From an uncultured Holophagales bacterium (GTDB lineage Bacteria > Acidobacteriota > Thermoanaerobaculia > Multivoradales > UBA5704), in assembly GCA_963842525.1 (NCBI GenBank), contig CAWJGT010000011.1, forward strand, positions 64,001-128,000: a stretch of 64,000 bases of DNA. The letters are read 5' to 3'. The notes beneath the pieces were generated by a model, which searched no databases, was not told where the DNA came from, and worked only from the letters and a program-made list of their open reading frames with translations. This document shows positions 33,696 to 43,776 of this stretch, piece after piece. The stretch's first letter is position 1; each line of letters starts with the position of its first letter. The position numbers and the translations under genes were made by a program.

Positions 33696-34328
33696 TCAGG
33701 TTCCCGGTGAATCCCCCCACCGCAGCCCCGGCTCGCCCGGCTCGGAAATGCCGAAGCAGTCGAGCACCCGCAGGGTGTAGTGGTCGAGGAAGCGGCCCAG
33801 GTTCTCGCCGCCGATGTAGAAGGCCGGGACGGGCGGGAGGAGGACGGCGCCGGCATAGGCGAGGCGGCGCATGTTCTCGATGTGGACGAGGCTGTAGGGG
33901 GTCTCGCGGAAGCCGAGGACCAGGGGCCAGCGCTCCTTCAGGGCGACGGCTCCGGCCCGGTGCACCAGGGTGCGGGCGGAGCCGGACGCGAGCGCTCCGA
34001 GGGTGCCGGCGCTGCAGGGGAGGATCAGGGTGCCGGTCAGCCGGTAGGAGCCGGAGGCGATGGGCGCATCGAGCTCGTTGTCGCGGTGGGTGCGGACTTT
34101 TTCCCGTGCTTCGGGAGGCAGGCCGGCCGCGTCGGCCAGATCGTCGGCGCCGGTCTTGTCCGGCCCGAGCTCGTGGCGGAGCACCTGGCTCGCCCCGGCC
34201 GAGGCGACGAGATGGATACGCTCGATCTCCGGATGGGCCGCCAGCCGGCCCAGCACATGGCGGGGCAGGAGCATCCCGGAGGCGCCGGAGACCAGCAGGG
34301 CGACGCGGTGCGGCATGGCCGGCGCCAT
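33696..34328 (-). CDS. ubiX: Flavin prenyltransferase UbiX family
   Basis: SGASG, APIASGS, PCSAGTL, LKER, RETP, PAFY. Confidence 0.9.
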   Translation of the reverse strand: MAPAMPHRVALLVSGASGMLLPRHVLGRLAAHPEIERIHLVASAGASQVLRHELGPDKTGADDLADAAGLPPEAREKVRTHRDNELDAPIASGSYRLTGTLILPCSAGTLGALASGSARTLVHRAGAVALKERWPLVLGFRETPYSLVHIENMRRLAYAGAVLLPPVPAFYIGGENLGRFLDHYTLRVLDCFGISEPGEPGLRWGDSPGT

Positions 34329-34404
34329 CGTAACATCCCACTCCTGCGTATAAGACCGTAGTAGTGAGCCAGCGGCCGGATCCCGCTGGCCCGGAGGTGC
34401 CTGG

Positions 34405-36411
34405 ATGAGCCTCTTCCGAGATGTCCGTTACGCCGTGCGGAGCCTGGCGCGGGCTCCCGCGCTCACCGCCGTCACCTTGACGATCCTGACCCTCGGGATC
34501 GGCGCCAACGTCACCATCTTCACCCTGGTCGACCGCCTCTTCCTCGAGCCGCCGCCCGGGATCGCCGAGCCGGAGCGGCTGGTGCGCCTCGGCCGGTTCG
34601 ACAAGGAAGACCCGGAGGCGTGGTGGGGCTATCCGGACTTTGCCTACTTCCGGGAACGCAACCAGGCCTTCTCGGACCTGGCTGCCTACTCCCCGGGGAC
34701 GAACGCCCTCACGGCGATGACGGCCCAGGCGAGCCTGGACAACCAGTCGGCGGCGCTCGCCCGGGATTTTCCGGAGTCGGTGCGCGAGGGCCAGGGCGTG
34801 AGAGTCCTCCCCTCCTTCCAACGTTTTCCCGGTATCCATGATCAGCTTGGGCGGCTCCTGCGGCTGCTCTCGGCCGTGGTCGCCCTGGTGCTGCTGGTGG
34901 CCAGCGCCAATGTGGCGATCCTGCTCCTGGCCCGGGCCATCGGACGGAGCCGGGACTTCGGTGTGCGGGTGGCCCTCGGGGCGAGCCGGCGACGGATCGC
35001 ATACCAGCTCCTCCTGGAGGGCCTGCTGCTGGCCTTCGCCGGAGGCGCCGCCGGCTACCTTCTGGCTTTCTGGTCGGCCGGACTGGCCGCAAAAATGCTG
35101 CCGTTCCAATTCGCGGTGAAGCCCACTCCGGATCTCCGGGTGCTCGGCTTCACGCTCGGCGTTGCCGTGCTGGCAGCCCTCCTTTTTGGCTTGGCTCCGG
35201 CGCTCCAGGCCCGGCGCGTGGACATGGCCGTGGTGATCAAGGAAGGGGAGCCGGCCAGCGGACGCTCGCCGTGGCTCAATGCCCTGGTGACCATCCAGGT
35301 GGCGCTGTCGATCGTCCTGGCCACGGGCGCCCTGCTCTTCGTCCGCAGCCTGCGGGCCGCCGAGTCGGTGGACCTCGGGTTCGCGACCGAGGGGCGGCTT
35401 TTGGTCACCGTCGACCTGGCCCACCGCCGCTACGGGGAGCAGGGGATCGCGCGGTTCCTCGATCAGGCCTTGGACCGGGTGTCGGTGCTGCCCGGAGTGC
35501 GGCGGGCTTCGGCCATGCTCAACCAGCCGTTCGGAAGCAGTTGGAGGACCAGCATCGGCGAGCCGCCGGACGAGGGCCTGACCGTCAGCCTGAATGGGGT
35601 TGGCCCGGGCTATTTCGAAGCCATGGGCATCCCGCTCCTGGCCGGGCGCGGATTCGGGCCGCAGGACCGGACCGGGTCGTCGAAGGTGGCGGTCCTCAAC
35701 CAGGCCGCCGCGGCGAAGCTCTTCCCGCGGGCCCCGGCGGTGGGCCGGACGTTCCAGAGCGGGAGCCTGGGGGCGATCACGGTCGTCGGCCTGGCCCGGA
35801 ACGCCCAGTACCACGACCTGGGGGAGGAGCCGGTCCCCCATATCTATCTGCCGTTCCTCCAGACGGGCCGCGAGCGATTCCACCTGCTGGTGCAGACCGC
35901 CGGCGAGCCGGAAGCCCTGGCGCGGCCGGTAGAGCAGGCGCTCTATGCCATCGATCCGTATGTCACCGTGGCGCAGACCAGGACGATGGAGAAGGCGGTC
36001 GAGAAGGAGCTGGTCCGGTATCGGGTGAGCGCTACGCTTGTCGCCCTCTTCGCCGTGCTGGCGCTGGCGCTGGCCGCGGTGGGCCTCTATGGCGTCCTGT
36101 CCTATCTGGTGGCGCGCCGGCGGAGGGTCCTGGGAATCCAGATGGCCCTGGGAGCCACGACGCAGCACGTGGTGCGCTCGGTCCTGCGCCGTGGGCTGAC
36201 GCTGGCGGGCGCCGGCATCGTCCTCGGCATGGTGGCGGCCTGGTGGGCCTCGCAGTGGATCGCGAGCTTCCTGTTCGGCATCGACCCGCGGGACCCGGTG
36301 AGCTTCCTGGCGGTGCCGGCAATCCTGGTGACAGTGGCCTGCCTCTCCAGCGCGATTCCCGCACTGCGGGCGGCGCGGGTCGACCCTGCGGGGGTGCTGC
36401 GGGAGGAGTAG
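34405..36411 (+). CDS. ABC transporter permease, duplicated MacB/FtsX (ADOP-like), apparently internally shortened
   Basis: DVRYAVRSL, LGIGANVTIF, RVALGASR, QVALS, GLYGVLSY, RAARVDP; no ATPase gene adjacent. Confidence 0.88.
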   Translation: MSLFRDVRYAVRSLARAPALTAVTLTILTLGIGANVTIFTLVDRLFLEPPPGIAEPERLVRLGRFDKEDPEAWWGYPDFAYFRERNQAFSDLAAYSPGTNALTAMTAQASLDNQSAALARDFPESVREGQGVRVLPSFQRFPGIHDQLGRLLRLLSAVVALVLLVASANVAILLLARAIGRSRDFGVRVALGASRRRIAYQLLLEGLLLAFAGGAAGYLLAFWSAGLAAKMLPFQFAVKPTPDLRVLGFTLGVAVLAALLFGLAPALQARRVDMAVVIKEGEPASGRSPWLNALVTIQVALSIVLATGALLFVRSLRAAESVDLGFATEGRLLVTVDLAHRRYGEQGIARFLDQALDRVSVLPGVRRASAMLNQPFGSSWRTSIGEPPDEGLTVSLNGVGPGYFEAMGIPLLAGRGFGPQDRTGSSKVAVLNQAAAAKLFPRAPAVGRTFQSGSLGAITVVGLARNAQYHDLGEEPVPHIYLPFLQTGRERFHLLVQTAGEPEALARPVEQALYAIDPYVTVAQTRTMEKAVEKELVRYRVSATLVALFAVLALALAAVGLYGVLSYLVARRRRVLGIQMALGATTQHVVRSVLRRGLTLAGAGIVLGMVAAWWASQWIASFLFGIDPRDPVSFLAVPAILVTVACLSSAIPALRAARVDPAGVLREE

Positions 36412-36531
36412 GCGGGAGGGTGATGCGAGGACGAGAGGGGTTCGGGGACCGGCTCGTCGAGGACCGCGGATCACGGGCGGCACCGGAGCACGCGAGCTCG
36501 GGGGGAGGGCGCGCCCCTTGTGGGCGCCGGT

Positions 36532-36558
36532 GCGTAGCCCCGGGTTTCAACCCGGGGT
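36532..36558 (+). repeat. Left REP (GTAG-type hairpin)
   Basis: GCGTAGCCCCGGGTTTCAACCCGGGGT, exact reverse complement of 37284..37310. Confidence 0.85.
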
Positions 36559-36788
36559 GACGGAGACGACCCCCATTCCCCCTTGGCCCCTTCAGGGGCG
36601 TCGGCATGGTCGCCTGATGGCATGTGATGGCGTATCCCATCCCCCCTCCACCTGCCAAAATCTTCAGATGACGTCCTCCGTTTGGCGCCGGTTTTCGCAT
36701 TCCGATATTCTTTGGCCAAATCGGATCACATGGGCCGGCGCCACAACACGATACGTGTGCGCATGAAACCGGAAGGGCAGGAGAGACG

Positions 36789-37236
36789 ATGGCCAAGACC
36801 TATACGAAGCTCATCTATCACATCGTGTTCAGCACGAAGGAGCGGGCTCCGTTGATCACCGAAGAGATCCGGGACCGGCTGTACCCATACCTCGGTGGTG
36901 TCATTCGAGGAGAAAAGGGGAGCCTCATGGAGATCGGCGGCGTGGCGGATCATGTTCATCTCCTCGCCCGGTTTGGGGCGGCCATCGCCGTCTCGGACAT
37001 GGTCCAACGCATCAAGGGCAACTCCTCCCACTGGCTGAATCAGCAGCCCGGATTCTGGTTCGCCTGGCAAAATGGGTACGGTGCCTTCACGGTCAGCGAG
37101 TCTCAGATGTCGGCCGGTCCGGAAGTACATCCAACGTCAGGAGGAGCATCACAAACGGGTGTCTTTCAAGGACGAGCTCATCTCCCTCCTGCGCAAACAT
37201 CGAATCGATTTCGACGAAAACGAGATTCTCGATTAG
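36789..37236 (+). mobile_element. tnpA: IS200/IS605-family Y1 transposase (TnpA/RAYT-like; frameshift near 37116)
   Basis: YHIVFSTK, HUH motif DHVHLL, KGNSS, WQNGYGAFTVS, then KYIQRQEEHH; flanked by inverted REPs; no tnpB. Confidence 0.92.
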
Positions 37237-37283
37237 ACCCCCCGTCGCCCCTGAAGGGCTCAGGGATGATGGGGGCCTCCGCG

Positions 37284-37310
37284 ACCCCGGGTTGAAACCC
37301 GGGGCTACGC
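37284..37310 (-). repeat. Right REP (GTAG-type hairpin)
   Basis: ACCCCGGGTTGAAACCCGGGGCTACGC. Confidence 0.85.
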
Positions 37311-37382
37311 GCCCGCGCCCTCGTCTCGGCGCTGCTGCCATTGCGAACCGAGAAAAGCCCTGGCGGCCTTCCGCGCCAGCAC

Positions 37383-37572
37383 ATCCATGTCAAATCGGCC
37401 CTGATCTTCCTTCGTTCTGTCCTCATCTTCCTCGTCCGGTCCTCATCTTCGAACGACCAGCTCTGGTCCGGGATGGGTGTCCGTAGATCTTCATAGGACG
37501 ACCCTCATCCAAGCTGGATCAGGCCAGATCCGTCCTCGATCTCGCCTGATCGGCGTTCGACATCAGGATCTT
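37383..37572. repeat. Degenerate ~21-nt periodic tract
   Basis: ATC core at 37383, 37404, 37425, 37445, 37487, 37507, 37528, 37549. Confidence 0.65.
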
Positions 37573-37617
37573 CGGGCGGATCTGCCTCTGTTAGCATCCC
37601 GCAGCGAGGAAATCCCG

Positions 37618-39383
37618 GTGCCGATCCGTTTCCTGAAGCCTCTGGAGTGGCTGATCCTGGCCGCCTTGCTGGCCCTGGCCGTGGCCCGGGCTTCGCTCCC
37701 CCTGTCGCACGACGACCTGTTCGGGCATCTGCGGACGGGGGAGTGGATCGCCGAGCACCGGGAAGTGCCTCTCGTCGATCCCTTCTCCTACACCCGTTCA
37801 GGGGTGCGGTGGATCACCCACGAGTGGTGTTTTCTCCCTGCTGGCCTGGGGGATCTGGTCGCTCGGCGGCGACCCGGGGTTGATCGCGGCGCGGGTCCTT
37901 CTGGTCCTCGCGATCGGTCTCGTCGTGGGGCAGCGGATGCTGGCGGAGGCGAAGACGCGGTCCGTGCCGTGGATGGCGGCTCTCCTCGGGCTGGGCCTCT
38001 GGGCGGTCGCCAGGGAGCTGATCCTGCGCGCGGCCCTGGGCAGCGAGCTCTTCCTCTCTGTGACGTTTTGCTCCTGGCCCGGTACCGCCAGACGGGCGCG
38101 CGGCGGTTCCTGATCGTCCTGCCGTTCCTTTTTCTTCTGTGGGGAAACTTCCACTCCGGGAGTGATCTTCGGACTCTACGTCCTGGGCCTCGTCGCGCTG
38201 GAGACTCTGGTGACCGGGCCGCAGCGAATCCGGCGGGCCCTTCCTCATCTTGATAGCGCTGGGAGCGTGCGCGCTCGCCAGCCTGCTCAATCCGAACGGG
38301 ATCGAGGTCTGGCTGTATCCGTGGAAGCTGAGCCGGCTGCTCTTCGCGAGCGGCATCGCCTGGGACCTGGGACATTTCGCGGCGGCGCGCCCGTGGGAGA
38401 GCCCACCCTTCCTGCTGCTCTTCCTGCTTCTGCTCGGCGGCCTCCTCCCTCTGCGGCGCCTGCGCGAGCTGTCGCTTCCGAGATCCTGGGGATCGCGACC
38501 TTCCTCGTTCTTTCGATCCGGACACCGCGGTTTGTCTTCCACTTCGCGGTCCTCGCGCTGCCGGCGATCTACCGCCTGCTGGCGGACCGCCCTCTCGGAT
38601 GGAATTGAATGGAGCCCGGCGTTCCGCCGCACCCTGTCCGCTGGCGTGCCGGCCGTGCTCGCTCTGACCGCTCTTCTGGCCTGGATGGGCCACCCCCGGC
38701 GGTTGGTCGATCCGCGGCTCCCGGAGGGTGCGGTCCGTTTCCTGGAGACGGAGAGGATCGAGGGCCGGATCTTCAACCACCAGAATTTCGGCGGCTATCT
38801 CCTCTGGCGGGCGCGGGTGCCGGTCTTCTGGGACGGCCGCAACGACGTCTTCGCCCCGCTGGTGCGGGAAGTCACGACCACGCCTTTTCCTGAGATTGCC
38901 GACCGCTACGGGATCGACGTTCTCCTGATCACCGAGCGCGAAGCCGAGGGCCTCCTCCCTCCCAGTGGGGGTTGGTCTATTGGGACGACGACAGCGCGGT
39001 CTATCTTCGGCGGGATCGCTTTGCATCGTTCCTGGCGCGGAACGAGCTGCGGCTTTTCCCCGGCTTCGGCGGTCGTCCGGGCCTGGAGCAGCTCGCCCGC
39101 GATCCCCGCCTCGCGACCGGCAGCCTTCGCCGAGCTGGGCCGGTTGCTCGCAGTCCACCCGGAGAACCAGCGGGCCCTCTACTTCCGCGGCGTGCTCCGC
39201 CTCTATCAAGGGGACCTGGAGAACGCCCGCCGCGACCTGGAGGCGGCTCTGGCGATCCGGGAGAACGATCAGGTGCGGAAGGCGTTGGAGGCGGTCGCGG
39301 AGACAGATGACCTCTACGCCCCGAAGAACTTCCTGACCTCCGCGCAGACCTGCTCCACCTGCTCGTTGGTCAGCTCGGGGTAG
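37618..39383 (+). CDS. Polytopic membrane protein (GT-C-like) with C-terminal TPR; multiple frameshifts
   Basis: DDLFGHLRTGEWI...DPFSYT...HEW, WGNFHSG, LLNPNG, FGGYLLW, FWDGRND, terminal TPR. Confidence 0.7.
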
Positions 39384-40423
39384 ATGGGCAGGCAGAGGAC
39401 CTCGCGGGCGGCGGCGGTAGAGACGGGGAGGTCGCCGTCCCGGACGTCGACCAGGCCTGCGAGGGCCGGCAACTGGTGGAGCGGCGCGGGGTAGTGGACC
39501 GCGGAGGCGATGCCGGCGGCCTTCAGGTGCTCCATCAGGGCGTCGCGCCGGGCGGTGCGGATCGTCATCTGGTGGTAGACGGAGAGCACGCCCTCGCGGT
39601 CCGGCAGGAGCTGGACGTCGCCGGCTCCGGCGAGGCCGCCGTAGTAGCGGCAGGCGAGCTCGCGGCGGCGGGCGTTGTCCTCCTCCAGCAGCGCCAGGCG
39701 GCAGTTGAGGACCGCCGCCTGCAGGCTGTCCAGGCGGCTGTTGGTGCCGACCAGGACGTGGTGATAGCGCGAGGTCTGGCCGTGGTTGGCCAGGAGCCGC
39801 ACCCGGTCGAGCAGGCCGCGGTCGTTGCCGGTCACCGCGCCGCCGTCCCCGAAGCAGCCGAGGTTCTTGGTGGGATAGAAGCTCCAGGCCGCGAGCTTCC
39901 CGAAGCCGCCGACCCGCCGGCCCTTGAAGCGCGCGCCGTGCGCCTGGGCCGCATCCTCCACCAGCCAGAGCCCCCGCTTCTCGCAGAGCGCCAGGAGCGC
40001 GTCCACGTCGAACGGCCGGCCATAGAGGTGGACCGGCAGGAGGCCCACGGTGCGGTCGGTGACGCGCGCCTCGGCATCGGCCGGATCGAGGTTCAGGGTC
40101 TGCGGATCGACGTCGGCGAGGACGGGCTTGCCGCCGAGGAGAGCCACCGCCTCGGCCGTGGCGAAAAAGCTGAAGGCCGGGACGATCACCTCGTCGCCGG
40201 GCTGGAGGTCCAAGGCGCGCAAGGCGAGGACGAGGCCGTCGGTACCGTTGGCAACGGCCACGCAGCCGGCGACCTCCTGGTAGGCCGCGAAGGCGTTTTC
40301 GAATTCCCGGACTTCGGGACCGAGGACGTACGAGCTCTCGTCGAGGATGCGCTTCCAGCGCTCTTCGAGCTGCGGAGAGATGCGTGCCCGGGCACGGGAG
40401 AGGTCGAGGATGGGGACGTTCAT
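39314..40423 (-). CDS. DegT/DnrJ/EryC1/StrS sugar aminotransferase
   Basis: NGTDG, VHLYG, EDAAQAHG, SFYPTKNLG, NSRLD. Confidence 0.95.
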   Translation of the reverse strand: MNVPILDLSRARARISPQLEERWKRILDESSYVLGPEVREFENAFAAYQEVAGCVAVANGTDGLVLALRALDLQPGDEVIVPAFSFFATAEAVALLGGKPVLADVDPQTLNLDPADAEARVTDRTVGLLPVHLYGRPFDVDALLALCEKRGLWLVEDAAQAHGARFKGRRVGGFGKLAAWSFYPTKNLGCFGDGGAVTGNDRGLLDRVRLLANHGQTSRYHHVLVGTNSRLDSLQAAVLNCRLALLEEDNARRRELACRYYGGLAGAGDVQLLPDREGVLSVYHQMTIRTARRDALMEHLKAAGIASAVHYPAPLHQLPALAGLVDVRDGDLPVSTAAAREVLCLPIYPELTNEQVEQVCAEVRKFFGA

Positions 40424-40446
40424 CGCGGAGGGATTGTACTCGCGTT

Positions 40447-40502
40447 CCCCCTCTCCCGGCGGGGGGTGGAAGGGAGATGGGAGAGGGGGCCAGGGGGTGA
40501 GG
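40447..40502. repeat. REP-like palindromic element
   Basis: CCCCCTCTCCCGG...GGGAGATGGGAGAGGGGGCCAGGGGGTGAGG, nearly the same as 45216..45271. Confidence 0.75.
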
Positions 40503-40517
40503 ATGTATACTCCCGCG

Positions 40518-42026
40518 ATGCTTTCCCGTCTGCGCTTCTACTGGGTCGTCGCGGCCTGTGGCGCGATTCTCATGGCTCTGGAGATCCTCTCGAGCCGGGT
40601 CCTGGCACCCCACTTCGGCAACAGTGTCTACGTGTGGGGCTCGATCATCAGCGTCTTCCTGGCCGCCCTGTCGCTCGGCTATGTGTGGGGTGGCCGGCTG
40701 GCGGACCGGCATCCGTCCATGGCGGCCCTGGGCCGGCTGGTCGTCCTCGCCGCCCTGTTCCAGGCGGTCGTGCTGGTGGCCGGATCGCGTCTGGCGGCCT
40801 GGCTGGGCGAGCTGACCGGCGGCACGCCGGCCGGCACGCTCCTCGCCACGGCCGTGCTGTTCGGTCCGGCGAGCGTGCTGCTCGCCACGGTCTCTCCCTA
40901 TGCCGTGCGCCTGGCGGCCCGCGACCTCGGCCGGCTCGGCAACACGGCCGGGCGGCTCTACGCCCTGTCGACCCTGGGCAGCCTGGCGGGCACTCTCGGC
41001 TGCACCTTCGTGCTGATTCCGTTCCTCGAGCTACGGCAGATCGTCGGCCTGCTGACGGCGGCCACGGCCGCGACGGCGGCGATCTCGCTGGCCGGGTCGC
41101 TGCGCAGCGAGGTGCCGGCCGCGGCGCTGGCGGCCCTGCTCCTCGTCCTGGCTGTTCCCGCGGCCTCCCTGCCCGAGCGCCTCCAGGAGGGCGTGATCTA
41201 CGAGCGGGTCACCCCCTACCAGACGCTCCAGGTCCGGGAGCGGGACGGCGTCCGCATCCTGGAGAGCGACCGCATCTGGCAGGCCGCGGTCCGCCTCTCG
41301 GACGGCGAATCCATGCTCCCCTATGCGCGGTACGCGGCCGGCGGCTTCCTGGTCCAGCCGCGGCTCCGGCGCATGCTGGTCATCGGTCTCGGCGGGGGCA
41401 GCATCGGTGGGCATCTGCAGCGGCAGATCCCAGGCCTCGAGATCGACTACGTCGACATCGATCCCGCCGTGCCCGAGGTCGCCCGGCGCTTCCTCGCCTT
41501 CCGGGAGGGGCCGCGCACGCGGGTGTTCGTCGCCGACGGCCGCAACTTCCTGCGCGGCTCGAAGCAGCGGTGGGACTACATCTTCGGCGACGCCTACATC
41601 GGGCTGTCCGTGCCGTTCCACCTGACCACGATCGAGTTCCTGGACGAGGTCAAGCGCCACCTCGAGCCTGGCGGCGTCTTCGGGCTCAACGTGGCGGGAG
41701 GGCTCTCACACCCCTTCTCGCAGGCCATGTACCGCACGGTCCGGGAGCGCTTCAGGTCGGTCTACCTGCTGCGGGTGCCGGATTCGCTGAACGCGGTGGT
41801 GATCGCGAGCGATTTCCCGGAGCTGACGACCGCCGAGCTGGTCGCCCGCGGCCGGGAGCTCGACCGGCGCTGGCGGCTGGAGCCCTCCTTCGCCGAAATC
41901 GCCTCCCACCGCCAGGCCGTCGACTTCGTCAGCTCGGAGGTGCCGGTGCTCTCCGACGAGTTCGCGCCGGTCGACCGGTTGATCAACCTGGGAGTCAGAG
42001 ACCGGGCTCCCGACGTAGGCCGGTGA
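40518..42026 (+). CDS. Fused MFS-like/spermidine synthase-like protein
   Basis: LAPHFGNSVYVW, GRLYALSTLGS, IGLGGG, DIDP, DGR, PFHLTT. Confidence 0.88.
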   Translation: MLSRLRFYWVVAACGAILMALEILSSRVLAPHFGNSVYVWGSIISVFLAALSLGYVWGGRLADRHPSMAALGRLVVLAALFQAVVLVAGSRLAAWLGELTGGTPAGTLLATAVLFGPASVLLATVSPYAVRLAARDLGRLGNTAGRLYALSTLGSLAGTLGCTFVLIPFLELRQIVGLLTAATAATAAISLAGSLRSEVPAAALAALLLVLAVPAASLPERLQEGVIYERVTPYQTLQVRERDGVRILESDRIWQAAVRLSDGESMLPYARYAAGGFLVQPRLRRMLVIGLGGGSIGGHLQRQIPGLEIDYVDIDPAVPEVARRFLAFREGPRTRVFVADGRNFLRGSKQRWDYIFGDAYIGLSVPFHLTTIEFLDEVKRHLEPGGVFGLNVAGGLSHPFSQAMYRTVRERFRSVYLLRVPDSLNAVVIASDFPELTTAELVARGRELDRRWRLEPSFAEIASHRQAVDFVSSEVPVLSDEFAPVDRLINLGVRDRAPDVGR

Positions 42027-42045
42027 CCCGGGCGGTCACCCGCGG

Positions 42046-43752
42046 TCACCCGTCCATGGGGTCCACGGGGGAAGCCTTCTTCCTCTTTTCCTGCATCAGG
42101 GTCCCGGGGAGAGGGGCTGCATCGCGCAGCGGGTGGCGGGTCCACGGGGTGGCGTAGACCACGATCACGCCGTCCCCCAGGGTGATGTTGTCCTTGACCT
42201 CGATCACATGGACCGGCTGGAAGCGCGGATCCCGCGACAGATTGGGGAACCAGGCGGGGAAGATCACCAGGTAGTCGGGCTGGCGGCGTTCGATCTCGGC
42301 GGCGACCGTGACCTCCCACGGGACGCCGCGCTTCGACTGCCGCAGCATCTCCCTCCGGATCTCCGGGGTGGCGATCCCCGCCAGGTCGATCAGCCGGTTG
42401 GGCAGCAGGAAGCCGATCGCGCCGATGTCGTTGACCGCGAGGACCGCTTCGCGCGGCAGGCGCTCCGCCAGCCAGCGGGCGACGAGGACGTCGCCGTCCT
42501 GGATGTTGGCGACGTTCTGGACGTAGCGGCCGGCACCCCGCATCAGGCCCGCGACCGTGGGCCAGAGGAGCAGGGCGACCAGCACGGCGCCCATGGGCAG
42601 GCGCAGGCGGCCGGCGGCGATCCGGGGGCCGAGCGCGGCGGCGGCCCGCTCCATGCCCAGCACGCCGAGCAGCACCAGGAGCGGGAAGAAGGGGAAGTAG
42701 TAGCGGCCGAAGTTGCCGAGCAGGGCCGTGCCGCCCGCGGGCTGGCTGATCGTCGAATAGACGAGCGGGACGGCGATCGGCCACAGGGCCGGCAGGAGGC
42801 CGCGGTCCCGCGGCGTGCCCAGGCGCTCCAGCAGGCTCAGCACTCCGGCGCCGGAGAGCAGGGACATGTACGGCTGGGTGCTCAGGAAGGTCCCGAAGGC
42901 GGAATAGACGTAGAGGATCTCGGGGAGCCAGCGCCGCAGCGACGCCCCCTTGGCAGCGAAGGTGGTGGGGAGGAACGAGCCGCCCACCCAGCGATAGAAC
43001 AGGATCGGGCCGATCAGGGCGCAGGCGGCCAGCAGGGCGCCGCCGAGCAGCCGGGCGAACGGCGGCCGGCGCCAGCGCAGCTCGCCAGATTCTCCCTCTC
43101 TCCCGGTTCGGGGGAGAGGGCCGGGGAGAGGGGGCTCCCGGTCGAAGACCAGGCAGCGGTCGACGAAGGCCAGCCCGAGCAGCATCAGCCCCTCGGGCCG
43201 GGCCAGGCAGGCGAGGGCGAGCACGGCGAAGGAGAGCGGCGGCCTCGCCGGGTCGGCGCGCTCGCGCAGGTGCAGGATCATCCCCCAGAGATAGAGGAAG
43301 ATGAACAGGGGGATCTCCATCCCCGAGAGGGCCGACCAGACGAGCCAGGAGGTGGCGAGGGTCAGCCCGGCGGCCAGGGAGGCAAGGCCGGAGCCGAGGC
43401 CGAGCTCCCGGCCGAGCCGCCAGGTGGCGGCGATGCCGCCCAGGTAGAGCGCGACGCCCAACACCTTGGTCCAGACAATGACGTTGCCCGGCAGCAGGAA
43501 GAGCAGCGAGAGCAGGGCCGTCCACAGCGGCGCGGTCGAGCCGGTCACCAGCTCGCCGGGATTGTAGGAGAGCCCGTGCCCGGCCGTCAGGTTGCGCGCG
43601 AACTGGAGGTGGATCCAACTGTCGTCCAGCGGGAAGCCGAGGTCGGACGAGAGGAGCCAGGCCTCGCTGAGGAAATATCCGAGGCAGGCCAGCAGCCCGG
43701 CCAGCGACAGCCAGAAGACCGGATAGGCTCCGCGACGTTGGTGTTTGCGCAT
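42046..43752 (-). CDS. Polytopic membrane glycosyltransferase-like protein
   Basis: FPLDDSWIHLQFARN, GSTAPLW, SGME, RPEG, GRYYFP, DIGAIG, DLAGI. Confidence 0.75.
   Translation of the reverse strand: MRKHQRRGAYPVFWLSLAGLLACLGYFLSEAWLLSSDLGFPLDDSWIHLQFARNLTAGHGLSYNPGELVTGSTAPLWTALLSLLFLLPGNVIVWTKVLGVALYLGGIAATWRLGRELGLGSGLASLAAGLTLATSWLVWSALSGMEIPLFIFLYLWGMILHLRERADPARPPLSFAVLALACLARPEGLMLLGLAFVDRCLVFDREPPLPGPLPRTGREGESGELRWRRPPFARLLGGALLAACALIGPILFYRWVGGSFLPTTFAAKGASLRRWLPEILYVYSAFGTFLSTQPYMSLLSGAGVLSLLERLGTPRDRGLLPALWPIAVPLVYSTISQPAGGTALLGNFGRYYFPFFPLLVLLGVLGMERAAAALGPRIAAGRLRLPMGAVLVALLLWPTVAGLMRGAGRYVQNVANIQDGDVLVARWLAERLPREAVLAVNDIGAIGFLLPNRLIDLAGIATPEIRREMLRQSKRGVPWEVTVAAEIERRQPDYLVIFPAWFPNLSRDPRFQPVHVIEVKDNITLGDGVIVVYATPWTRHPLRDAAPLPGTLMQEKRKKASPVDPMDG
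43093..43134 (-). repeat. REP-like element inside a coding sequence
   Basis: Reverse complement CCCCCTCTCCCCGGCCCTCTCCCCCGAACCGGGAGAGAGGGA closely matches the intergenic copy at about 46054..46095. Confidence 0.8.
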
Positions 43753-43776
43753 GGGCCTATTATCATCACACGCCGC

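Noticed and set aside
36682-36700. TGGCGCCGGTTTTCGCA as a sigma54 promoter for tnpA
   Set aside because: GG to GC spacing is 11 nt rather than 10.
37383-37572. Periodic tracts as CRISPR arrays
   Set aside because: No identical repeats of CRISPR length, no spacers, no cas genes.
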